Notes under the pieces: generated by a model
Seen by the model: only the letters and a program-made list of their open reading frames with translations
Database searches by the model: none
Told to the model about the DNA's origin: nothing
Program-made: the position numbers and the translations under genes
Shown: in pieces, positions 10,300 through 18,447 of the stretch
How the letters are laid out: each line of letters starts with the position of its first letter
How positions within the stretch are numbered: position 1 is the stretch's first letter
Origin: a virus
Taxonomy: Duplodnaviria > Caudoviricetes
Length of the DNA stretch: 52,740 bases
Direction: 5' to 3' (one strand)
IMG/VR virus record: IMGVR_UViG_3300050015_001011
Location: 1-52,740 of that record

Positions 10300-11252
10300 T
10301 TGATTTTATCTCACGAGAGTTTTTAGGCAGTACCTTAGGTCTCAAACATATTAAGGAAACGCCAGAAGGGTATTCTGCGTCGTGTCCTTTTAAGCGTTTT
10401 CATAGTAATGGAGAAGACAAGCACCCATCTTTCAATATAAAAAAAGATACAGGTGTGTGGCATTGTTTTACTTGTGATCAATCAGGGAATTTAAATAAAC
10501 TTTTTATTGAAGTTCTAGGAGAGGTTCCAGAGGAGTATAAAGATTTTTATAAGAGAACGGATCCTAATTCTGAAAAATTAAAGGTTCGATTAAATAAGGC
10601 AGCATCTGTTCACGTTAATATAATTTCTTTGCCGAAAGAGTACACCTTAGAATTGTCCGAAGAAGCGCAGATTTATGTAAGAGAGACAAGAGGAGTAACA
10701 AAGTCGGCAATAAATTATTTTCAAATAGGTTATTGTAAAGGAGGTCAATATCTTGATTGTATAGTAATACCTATATTTTTTGAAAAGATACTCAGGAGTT
10801 TTATTGCTCGTAAGATAGGTGAAGAGTTACTGCCTCATCAGAGAAGATATATGCTGGCATCAGGTACTCCTAAAAAAGAACTTCTATTTAATTATGATAG
10901 AATAGATGGAGATAAAGTTTATATAGTGGAAGGGGTGTTTGATGTGCTGAGACTATTTTCATTAGGTACTTTGAATGTCTGCGGGTTACTTGGTTCTACA
11001 ATTAGTGAAATTCAGATACAGAAATTACTCCAAAAGGGGGTGAAAAAGGTTTGTGTAATGCTTGATGGTGATGTTGCAGGGAGAAGCGCATCTAAGGTTG
11101 TTTGTGAGAAGCTATGCGCGTATTTTGAGACATCTAGAATATTATTAGCGCAAGGTAAAGATCCAGGCTCAATCAAAGATATGCAGGAGCTAGATTTTTT
11201 GCTCCGTTTAGAAAAAGAATATATTCTTCCAGTTTCTGCATCTTCGCACTAA
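10296..11252 (+). CDS. dnaG: DNA primase (zinc finger + TOPRIM)
   Basis: CPF..FH...PSF...WHCFTC zinc-binding domain; IVEGVFD and MLDGDVAG TOPRIM motifs. Confidence 0.92.
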   Translation: MIDFISREFLGSTLGLKHIKETPEGYSASCPFKRFHSNGEDKHPSFNIKKDTGVWHCFTCDQSGNLNKLFIEVLGEVPEEYKDFYKRTDPNSEKLKVRLNKAASVHVNIISLPKEYTLELSEEAQIYVRETRGVTKSAINYFQIGYCKGGQYLDCIVIPIFFEKILRSFIARKIGEELLPHQRRYMLASGTPKKELLFNYDRIDGDKVYIVEGVFDVLRLFSLGTLNVCGLLGSTISEIQIQKLLQKGVKKVCVMLDGDVAGRSASKVVCEKLCAYFETSRILLAQGKDPGSIKDMQELDFLLRLEKEYILPVSASSH

Positions 11253-11871
11253 AAAATTCTGTCCAATATTTTCTTTTTGTATTAACTTTGCAGTTACAGC
11301 TAGTGCAGAGAGTTATCAAATTAATTGGAGAGCAGTTCTTTTTATTGTAATCTATGTGGTGAACACACAATTTTTTATTTCTGTTATTATTAGTAGTTTT
11401 AAAGCATTTTTGGCACGTATGATTATCTCTTTCTCTAATAGTTTCTCTGAAAGGCTCTGTCCATTCTGTTGCGTATGGTAAAGAGCCTATTCCTCCTAAC
11501 CAGTTAGGGTTGTTTTCTTTAGAGTGATCGGCTCCTTTTCTACAGTGCCCATTAACATATTTCTTTTTAGAAATAGTAGCACACACAAAAGGTTCGTGCC
11601 CGGGACACGCACAGTATCTAGTTTCCATAATATGATTTTCAGGTTTATATCTTATTTTAAGTAATATTGCTTTGTGTTTTGGAGTGAGCTGTTTTCCAAT
11701 ACGACTATGCCCATTAATAAATTGTTTCTTAGAAACGGTGAAACATTCAAAAGTTTCTTTGCAACCACAAGCGCATATTCTAGTTTCAGGTATATGAAGT
11801 TCTTGCTTATATTTTGCTTTAGCCAGATTGGCCCTTCCTTTTGGTGTTCTTGTATATATTCCGCTAGGCAT
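11173..11871 (-). CDS. Free-standing HNH endonuclease with the same N-terminal Cys/His modules as the PD-(D/E)XK family
   Basis: MPSGIYTRT, two ETRxCAC modules, RDNHTCQKC...VHHIDY...NLITLCTSCN; start 11871 behind an AAGGAG RBS; overlaps the primase 3' end convergently. Confidence 0.85.
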   Translation of the reverse strand: MPSGIYTRTPKGRANLAKAKYKQELHIPETRICACGCKETFECFTVSKKQFINGHSRIGKQLTPKHKAILLKIRYKPENHIMETRYCACPGHEPFVCATISKKKYVNGHCRKGADHSKENNPNWLGGIGSLPYATEWTEPFRETIRERDNHTCQKCFKTTNNNRNKKLCVHHIDYNKKNCSPINLITLCTSCNCKVNTKRKYWTEFFSAKMQKLEEYILFLNGAKNLAPAYL

Positions 11872-12010
11872 GATTTTGTCTCCTTTTGTGTTCATTACTT
11901 CTGTATAATAAAATAATTAGAAAAATCAGGAAAATTATAGTGTATAATAAGCAAAAGGTACTTACTTTGTTTACGGAAGGCTTGGGAGCCAATCCTAAAG
12001 GAGGAAGTAA

Positions 12011-12850
12011 ATGAATTTGGAATTAGAAAAGAGGGTATTAGAAGTCAAGAAAATTATAGGTGACGCTAAACATGCAGATGAGATTTCTGTGGAAGCAGCT
12101 GTACAAGCAGAGCCCAGTTTCGCAGCTCTTTTAAAAGAAATAGAAGGTTTAATTTATAAGTATGTTCATAAGTTTCCATCATTGAAGCAGAGGTATGGTG
12201 TAACAGATTTGTTTTGGAGAGGTGCCGCAAAGGCGTGGTATTCATTGCCTCTTTATGATCCTACCAAGGGAGTTCGCTTTATTACATATTTTACAACAGC
12301 ACTTAATAGTGAATTTGTATCTCTTTTAGAACATGATAATAGAGTGCCTGGTGGAAAAAAGAAAAGCGCTAATCTTAAAGAATTTGTGCGCAGATCTTTA
12401 GATAATGGAAAAAGTGAACTTCAGATTATGCGTGATTGCGCTCGATTTTTTCCTGAGCACTTAGTTGCTGACGGAAAGACTCTTTTGTTTGATGTCGCAG
12501 AATATATCAGACAGTTAGCAGAAGCATATGATTGGAAAGAAAGAGAACAATTTGATGCCTCTAAATTCGAGTTTCCTTGTATCGGAAATATTTTTTGGGA
12601 TAGAGCCGTAAAAGAACAAGGATTTTCTAATGAGGAAGAAAATCGAATTATCGTACGAAGACTACTTAAGGAAGTTACTAATCCCGCAGATAAAAGGATA
12701 CTTCATATTTATCTTGATTTATGCCGACTCAATGGAGAAGCTAGGTTTATTGATATAGCGAATAATCTATCATTGAATGTAAGTGAGGTTTACAAGGCGT
12801 TTTCTAATGTACGAAGGCTTGTATTAAAAGAGAATGTTTTCGCGGTATAA
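12011..12850 (+). CDS. Phage sigma-70-like RNA polymerase sigma factor
   Basis: Region-2-like YDPTKGVRFITY and C-terminal HTH FIDIANNLSLNVSEV. Confidence 0.7.
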   Translation: MNLELEKRVLEVKKIIGDAKHADEISVEAAVQAEPSFAALLKEIEGLIYKYVHKFPSLKQRYGVTDLFWRGAAKAWYSLPLYDPTKGVRFITYFTTALNSEFVSLLEHDNRVPGGKKKSANLKEFVRRSLDNGKSELQIMRDCARFFPEHLVADGKTLLFDVAEYIRQLAEAYDWKEREQFDASKFEFPCIGNIFWDRAVKEQGFSNEEENRIIVRRLLKEVTNPADKRILHIYLDLCRLNGEARFIDIANNLSLNVSEVYKAFSNVRRLVLKENVFAV

Positions 12851-13060
12851 TATTATATGAGGACTTATAAGTATGAAGTAGAAGTCAGTGGCTTTTTTGG
12901 TGCTGCGCCGTACATCCTAAAATCTAGAAGACAGAATCTTAAGCCAGGTCAATTAGTGCGTGTTACTAAAGAGGGATTTATTTCTTCTATGAGAAAAAAG
13001 AAGAGAGGTGGAAAAAAGATCTGTGATGTAATAGTAGGCATTCTTATAAGGAGAGCATAA

Positions 13061-13633
13061 ATGAAAGATCTTAAAGGAAGTATTCTTAGAGCTGGGGAAG
13101 AAGAATTAGAGGGAGCTAAAATTGATTCAGGTGATTATAAACTTTTAATTGTGCAGGATGATTCTAGTATTAGTGATCATCTGAATAGACAGCCTTCTAT
13201 CTACGCTTATTATGCCGTGCTTCTTTATCTAGCAAAAAAAGATTTAGAGAAAGTTACTTATACTTATGATCAGTGGCGTTCCCAGTGTTATCGTATCGTC
13301 AGCCAAGAATTAGCTGGTAAGGTAACTATGGTCGAAGGTTCTTCGAGACCAGTAACTAAGAAGTCTCCTACTATAGGTGATATTAATTCTGAAATTGATT
13401 TTAAATACGAAAAAGAAATAGCAGAGCAGCGGAAGAAGATAGAAGAGGCAACAGACACTTATGAAGTTTTAAAAGTTTGGGTTATGGCGTGGCAGATGAA
13501 AAAAGATACTTTAATGGAGGTAGGTAGAATGGCTCGGAAGGATATCGGCGGATATGATTCTAATATCTATGAAGGCTCTGGTCATAATAGAGTGCCGGGT
13601 AAGATTAAGGCTATTGAAAAAGAATTTGAATAA
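13061..13633 (+). CDS. Helical protein, possible UvsY-like recombination mediator
   Basis: Long amphipathic helices (QPSIYAYY...MKKDTL) and position near SSB/RecA; weak similarity only. Confidence 0.4.
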   Translation: MKDLKGSILRAGEEELEGAKIDSGDYKLLIVQDDSSISDHLNRQPSIYAYYAVLLYLAKKDLEKVTYTYDQWRSQCYRIVSQELAGKVTMVEGSSRPVTKKSPTIGDINSEIDFKYEKEIAEQRKKIEEATDTYEVLKVWVMAWQMKKDTLMEVGRMARKDIGGYDSNIYEGSGHNRVPGKIKAIEKEFE

Positions 13634-13889
13634 GTCATTGTATAATAATTAAGGAGGAACAAAATGGCACAAAAATGGTTGAAGATTGTTAAAAATGATT
13701 TAACTGATGTCGCTATTGATTTAGATACAATTGGAAGTATTATAGTTAGTAGAAGAAGTTCGAAGGAAGATGGAATGATATTATTTGGCGCCGGCCCTGT
13801 TGAAGTAGGCAATGATGAAGTATCTGAAGATGAGTGGAAAAGAATTCTTGATGTTGTAGACAGTTTGTAAATCAAAAAGGAGGAATAGC

Positions 13890-15275
13890 ATGGCGAAGAC
13901 AAATAAGAAAGTGAAAGAGGAAAAGATTTATACACATGAAGGGTCTCCTGCTACCCGCACAACTGCTGAAAATCAATTGAGGCGTTCTTTGATGTCCTGT
14001 ATGTTGTGGGAAAATGAATTCTACGAAGATGGCCAAAAAATTTCTGAACGTATCGCTGATCTTGTTGGAAAGGTAGACAGAAATAAGGTTGCTTTAATGG
14101 CGATCGAAGCGCGGGAGAAGATGCATTTACGTCATGCTCCTTTGTGGGTTGTAAGGGCGCTTGCTAAAGTTTCTGATGGTACTTCTCTTGTATCTGATAC
14201 TCTTGCAACGGTTATACAGAGGCCAGACGAGTTAACAGAGTTTCTGGCTTTGTATTGGAAAGACGGTAAAGCACCTCTTTCTGCGCAAGTGAAGAAAGGA
14301 TTGGCAAAAGCATTTACTAAGTTCTCTGAGTATTCTTTGGCTAAGTACAATCGAGCTGAGGCCATTAAACTGAGAGACGTTTTATTTCTTTGCCACGCGA
14401 AACCAAAGGATCGGGATCAAGCTGATTTGTGGAAGAGATTGGTTGACGGAACAATGACAACTCCTGATACCTGGGAAGTGGAACTTTCTGCTGGCAAGAG
14501 CAAGAAAGATGTGTTTGAAAGACTGTTGAAGGAGAAGAAACTTGGTGGTCTTGCTTTCTTACGGAACTTGAGAAATATGGAAGAAGCTGGTGTAGACAAG
14601 AAGTTAGTAAACGCTTCAATAGAAACGGTTGATTTCTCAAGAGTATTACCTTTTAGATTTATTGCTGCTTCCATGGCTGCTCCTAAGTTTGAGGGAGTAA
14701 CAGAGAAGGCTATGTTAGCTTCTATGGAAGGTAAAGATAAGATGAAAGGCAAAACAGTTTTGATTGTAGATGTGTCTGGAAGTATGTATGGTTCTAGTAT
14801 ATCAGGCAGATCTATAATGAATAGAGCTCAGGTAGCAAGTGCCTTAGGAATATTAGTAAGGGAGTTGTCTGAGGATTCATCAATTTATGCTACTGCCGGA
14901 AATGATAGTTCGTGCGTTCATCAGACGGCTGTTGTACCCGCACGAAGAGGATTTGCTCTGTCGGATTATATTTACAGTCAGTGTAATCCTTTAGGTGGTG
15001 GAGGTATCTTTCTTAAACAAGTAATGGACTATGTTTTAAAGTATGAGAAAGAAGCTGACCGAGTTATTGTGATAACGGATGAGCAGGACTGTGGTGGAGG
15101 CGGAGAAGATGCTCCCGCAAAAGCAAATACCTTTGGAAAAGAAAATTATTTGATTAACGTAGCCTCTAATAAGAATGGAATTAGTTATACAGGAAAGTGG
15201 ACACGTGTTGATGGTTGGTCAGATGCGGTAGTAGATTTTATTTTGAAAAACGAGTCCCAAGTTCGTGAGCAGTAA
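13890..15275 (+). CDS. rsr: Ro60/Rsr TROVE-domain RNA-binding protein with C-terminal vWA domain
   Basis: THEG, LRR..MSCMLWE..FYEDG, QRPDE, KYNR...LRDVLFLCH.KP, TWE..LS, LRNLRNM, LPFRF, vWA DVSGSM and ITDEQ; adjacent Y-RNA-like elements. Confidence 0.93.
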   Translation: MAKTNKKVKEEKIYTHEGSPATRTTAENQLRRSLMSCMLWENEFYEDGQKISERIADLVGKVDRNKVALMAIEAREKMHLRHAPLWVVRALAKVSDGTSLVSDTLATVIQRPDELTEFLALYWKDGKAPLSAQVKKGLAKAFTKFSEYSLAKYNRAEAIKLRDVLFLCHAKPKDRDQADLWKRLVDGTMTTPDTWEVELSAGKSKKDVFERLLKEKKLGGLAFLRNLRNMEEAGVDKKLVNASIETVDFSRVLPFRFIAASMAAPKFEGVTEKAMLASMEGKDKMKGKTVLIVDVSGSMYGSSISGRSIMNRAQVASALGILVRELSEDSSIYATAGNDSSCVHQTAVVPARRGFALSDYIYSQCNPLGGGGIFLKQVMDYVLKYEKEADRVIVITDEQDCGGGGEDAPAKANTFGKENYLINVASNKNGISYTGKWTRVDGWSDAVVDFILKNESQVREQ

Positions 15276-15282
15276 AGAATAT

Positions 15283-15354
15283 TACAAGGTATGGTGAAGA
15301 TAAGGGTTACTTCATGAAAAGAAAACAACCCTAATCGCTTGTTCCTACCTTGTA
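15283..15354 (+). ncRNA. Y-RNA-like unit 1 (minimal, stem only)
   Basis: TACAAGGTA/TACCTTGTA terminal stem, GATAAGGGTT/AACCCTAATC upper stem; shares TGGYG...GA...GGKTACTTC and TCGYYTGTTCCYAC motifs with units 2 and 3. Confidence 0.7.
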
Positions 15355-15361
15355 TAATAAG

Positions 15362-15454
15362 TTGTCTGGTGTGGCGATAGAGAACGGTTACTTCTAATTG
15401 AAAATAGAATGCCCTTTAGTGGGCATAACCGTTTTCGTTTGTTCCCACCAGCAA
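15362..15454 (+). ncRNA. Y-RNA-like unit 2 (two apical hairpins)
   Basis: CTGGTG/CACCAG terminal stem, GAGAACGGTTA/TAACCGTTTTC upper stem, apical TTCTA/TAGAA and ATGCCC/GGGCAT hairpins; same conserved motifs. Confidence 0.7.
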
Positions 15455-15459
15455 ATGTA

Positions 15460-15544
15460 GCGAGAGGAGCTGGTTTGATTCCAGGCTAAGTTAGGGTTAA
15501 CGTTAACTTAAATCCTAATCAATAGTGTACGAAGGCACGCTCGC
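15460..15544 (+). ncRNA. Stand-alone circularly permuted tRNA-like module
   Basis: GCGAG/CTCGC closing stem; T-arm-like CTGG-TTTGATT-CCAG; long hairpin GTTAGGG.../...TCCTAAT; D-arm-like TA-GTGT-ACGAAG-GCAC-G. Confidence 0.5.
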
Positions 15545-15558
15545 AAAATGTAATCGCT

Positions 15559-15701
15559 TTTCAGTATGGCGTAGATAATGGGTACTTCTAAAAGGAACTG
15601 GCCGTCGTTGGTTCAATTCCAACTTCAAACCTTCGGGTTTGGATAGCTCAGTTGGCAGAGCACCAGTAAAAAAAGTCCTTTATCGCCTGTTCCTACTGAA
15701 G
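15559..15701 (+). ncRNA. yrlA: YrlA-type Y RNA with tRNA-mimic domain (unit 3)
   Basis: TTCAGTA/TACTGAA terminal stem; ACTGG/CCAGT stem; T arm GTTGG-TTCAATT-CCAAC; acceptor-like stem TTCAAACC-TTCG-GGTTTGGA; D arm TA-GCTC-AGTTGGCA-GAGC; order T-acceptor-D as in YrlA; downstream of Ro60. Confidence 0.88.
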
Positions 15702-15718
15702 ATTTTAAAAGGAGGCAA

Positions 15719-16075
15719 ATGGAAAAAGATTCGTTAGGTAGAGCTATTGAAGAAATTTTTAAAGAGGAACCGTTGCCGTTTAGTAAGTGGATAGAGCAAT
15801 TTATTATTCCTGGTGAGAAGGGAGCTTTTAGGTGGTGGGATGTAAGTTTACAGAACTGTTTATTAAAAAAGGAGGGTCAAATGAGGGTAGAAGCATATAC
15901 AAAGCATCACGTAAAGTACACACTTACAGCTAAAAATAAGGATCACGCAAGAGAAATTGCTAACAGAATTATTACTGAAGGTTTATGGATTACTGCTGAT
16001 GAGGGCACGGATAAGGGAACCGAAGTATTTTTTCCTGTACACCAAATTTTTAAAGTTAAGATAATTGGTGTATAA
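15719..16075 (+). CDS. Hypothetical protein (internal in-frame start at 15881)
   Basis: AAGGAGG RBS before both ATG 15719 and ATG 15881. Confidence 0.55.
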   Translation: MEKDSLGRAIEEIFKEEPLPFSKWIEQFIIPGEKGAFRWWDVSLQNCLLKKEGQMRVEAYTKHHVKYTLTAKNKDHAREIANRIITEGLWITADEGTDKGTEVFFPVHQIFKVKIIGV

Positions 16076-16145
16076 TAAATTAAGAAGAAAATAAAAGACT
16101 AAAGTCCTAATTAGAGGACCTTAGAAAATCAAGGAGGAGAAAAGT

Positions 16146-17090
16146 ATGGCAAAGGAAAAGGAAGAGATGGAAGAGATGGACGAGTTTGATGCAGAAGTAT
16201 CTCGGCTGAAGAAACGTCAGGGAGGTCTTTGGGTTAAGGTTGAGCGGGACGATAATATCTTTCGGATTTTAGGGCCGATGGGTAAAACCGCCGTTCACTT
16301 TATTTCTAATCTTAAGATTATTCCGGAAGGTTCTCCAGTATCGGGTGTTGTTACTTGCGCGCAAACAAAAGATAAGAGATGTGTTGTTTGCGAGGTTGTA
16401 AAGAATCTTCTTAGTTCTTCAAGAGAAGAGGATCAGCAATTAGCCGGAAAGATTAGTGCTGTTCCGCGGTATATGTGGAACGTGCTAGTAAGAGAGGGCG
16501 GATCATCTTCGTATAAGATTCTTGAAATTGGTCCTCAGGCTCTTGAGGCACTAAGTGGTGTTAAGAAGGAGTGGGGTGATTTTCGCGATCCAGATGATGG
16601 ATATGATGTAGTTATTAATCTGGGAGACAAAGCAGGAAGAAATCACTACACAGCAAAAGCACGTGTTGAGAAAAAAGTTGTTGGAGGAAAGCCAACACAA
16701 GAACTTTGTGTTAGTCCTTTAACTGAAGATGAGAAGGCGTTGCCACTTATTGATTTAGTAGACATGAAGACGTTGACTCCGGAAGCAGATCTTATTGCTG
16801 TTTTCGAGAACGCAGGTTATGAGTTAAGTGGAAAAGCATCTGCGCCAAAAAGAACAGGTAAAGCAGAAGATAATTTTGATGAACCTGTTGTTAGTAAGAA
16901 GCCGAAGGCGGAAGAAAAGAAAGAAGAAGCTCCTACACCTAAGTTTGTAAAGAAGGGTGCAGCTCCTGTCGCTGGCGAAGAAAAGAAACCTAAGTGCTGG
17001 GGAACTTTTGAAGATGTGGATGAGTTATGTGGTAAGTGTTCACATTTGAATGCTTGCGCAAAGGCAGCTGGATTCGAATTGGTTCAGTAA
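16146..17090 (+). CDS. Single-stranded DNA-binding protein (gp32-like)
   Basis: FRILG, H..., C...CVVCE, RYMWNV, ILEIG, DF.DPDDGYDVVI pattern; directly upstream of recA. Confidence 0.75.
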   Translation: MAKEKEEMEEMDEFDAEVSRLKKRQGGLWVKVERDDNIFRILGPMGKTAVHFISNLKIIPEGSPVSGVVTCAQTKDKRCVVCEVVKNLLSSSREEDQQLAGKISAVPRYMWNVLVREGGSSSYKILEIGPQALEALSGVKKEWGDFRDPDDGYDVVINLGDKAGRNHYTAKARVEKKVVGGKPTQELCVSPLTEDEKALPLIDLVDMKTLTPEADLIAVFENAGYELSGKASAPKRTGKAEDNFDEPVVSKKPKAEEKKEEAPTPKFVKKGAAPVAGEEKKPKCWGTFEDVDELCGKCSHLNACAKAAGFELVQ

Positions 17091-17096
17091 GTCATA

Positions 17097-17144
17097 TAAC
17101 TAAAGGTGGGAAACGACCGCGCGCCCACGCCCCACCTTTAGTTA
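17097..17144 (+). terminator. Perfect 14-bp hairpin after SSB (terminator or processing site)
   Basis: TAACTAAAGGTGGG / CCCACCTTTAGTTA with a 20-nt GC-rich loop; no clear U-tract. Confidence 0.5.
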
Positions 17145-17150
17145 ATTATT

Positions 17151-17387
17151 ATGCAAAGTGAAAAGTTGTTAAAAGAGTTTTCTAAATTCTGTTGGGATAA
17201 TCCTGAGTTAAGATTTTGGCAGGCTCTCGCAGCTTGGACTGGAAGTCTTATTTGTGCGGGAAAATACATATCAGATGGAAAGCACGGCCGACCTGGTCTT
17301 GCAGATACTTTCTTTTGGACTGAGAAGGATGGAATAGATTACAGTAAAGGAGACTTTTATGGACGACCAGAGAAAAAAGATAAATAG
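17151..17387 (+). CDS. Hypothetical protein (PELRFWQ motif)
   Basis: ORF overlapping the recA start. Confidence 0.55.
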   Translation: MQSEKLLKEFSKFCWDNPELRFWQALAAWTGSLICAGKYISDGKHGRPGLADTFFWTEKDGIDYSKGDFYGRPEKKDK

Positions 17388-18447
17388 TATCGTAGCTAAA
17401 ATTAAGAAGCAGGAAGGCGAAGAATCAGTTGTTACTCTTTCAGATGAAGGCAGTATTAGAACAATCGAAGCTATTTCTACTGGAATTCCTCTTTTAGATT
17501 TAACCATTGGAATAGGCGGTTTTCCAAAGGGTAGAATAATTGAGTTGTTTGGTGTCGAAGGAGGAGGCAAGAGTTCAATCGCTTTATACACTATTGCTTC
17601 TCTTCAGAAGCGCGGAGGAATTTGTGGATATATTGATTTAGAGCAAGCAATCAACATTGATTACGCTAGTCAGCTTGGTGTCAATGTAGACGAATTAATT
17701 ATAAGCCAACCTTCTTCAGGTGATGAAGGTTTGCGCATAACTGAAAAACTTATTCAAGAAGGTGTAGACCTTGTTGTAATCGATTCTATTGCATCTTTTG
17801 TTACTGAAGGAGAACTTAAGAAAGATATTGCTGATCCTAATGTAGCAACAGTAGCAAGAGTAATGAGTCAGGCATTAAAGAGATTAGCTTATGTTGTTGC
17901 AAATGCTAAGTCGTGTCTTATTTGTATTAATCAGGTGCGAGAGAAACCGGGTGTAATGTTTGGTAATCCAGAAACTACTCCTGGTGGAAGAGCTTTAAAG
18001 TATTATTCAAGCGTGCGTTTACAAGTCAATAAGAGTGAAACTTTAAAGACAGAGAAGAGTGAGGGTGAAATTCCTTATGGCGACATTTTAAAGATTAAGA
18101 TAGTTAAGAATAAGGTTGCTCCGCCTTTTAGAAACTGTCAGGTAACTCATATTTGGGGTAAGGGTTTTGATGATTCGATTGGTATCGTACAGAAGGCAAT
18201 AGAGAGGCACGTTATTGAAAATCCAAAACAGGGAAGTTATGTTGTACCTGTTTTAAATGAAGGTTTTAAGGTAATGCGCGAAGTAAGAGGTTTGGAATCG
18301 GTTTACGCAGAGGTCGGGACGAAGGAGTCGGATAATTATAAATTACTTCTTGAGTTGCTGATTAATAAACCTGTTGATATACCTGGACCTAAAGTACGCG
18401 AAGTTGCGGAGTCTGAAGGAGAAACTGCTGAAGAGGAATTTAAATAA
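17359..18447 (+). CDS. recA: RecA/UvsX recombinase
   Basis: GGFPKGRIIELFGVEGGGKS Walker A, VVIDS, INQVREKPGVMFGNPETTPGGRALKYYSSVR, KNKVAPPF. Confidence 0.98.
   Translation: MDDQRKKINSIVAKIKKQEGEESVVTLSDEGSIRTIEAISTGIPLLDLTIGIGGFPKGRIIELFGVEGGGKSSIALYTIASLQKRGGICGYIDLEQAINIDYASQLGVNVDELIISQPSSGDEGLRITEKLIQEGVDLVVIDSIASFVTEGELKKDIADPNVATVARVMSQALKRLAYVVANAKSCLICINQVREKPGVMFGNPETTPGGRALKYYSSVRLQVNKSETLKTEKSEGEIPYGDILKIKIVKNKVAPPFRNCQVTHIWGKGFDDSIGIVQKAIERHVIENPKQGSYVVPVLNEGFKVMREVRGLESVYAEVGTKESDNYKLLLELLINKPVDIPGPKVREVAESEGETAEEEFK

Larger units (their letters stand above)
2275..16078 (+). promoter_or_regulatory. Recurrent TGTATAATAA promoter motif (class A)
   Basis: Exact copies at 2275, 3213, 11902, 11941, 13639, 15351 and 16069 at gene boundaries; variants at 6008, 12844, 19548, 25283. 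Confidence 0.7.

Noticed and set aside
11975-11997. GGCTTG/GAGCC hairpin upstream of the first sigma gene, echoing the words in the post-terL RNA
   Set aside because: Only 7-8-nt matches; cannot be told from chance without homologs
15597-15667. Canonical tRNA gene (TAGCTCAGTTGGCAGAGCA and GGTTCAATTCC present)
   Set aside because: The T arm precedes the D arm and there is no anticodon loop or CCA end; it fits a YrlA-type mimic instead
15283-15701. CRISPR array or simple tandem repeat
   Set aside because: Repeats are two-part, degenerate and base-paired with covariation, and spacing is irregular; no cas genes
16098-16124. gp32-style autoregulatory pseudoknot upstream of ssb
   Set aside because: Only a short imperfect hairpin (GTCCT/AGGAC); no convincing second stem
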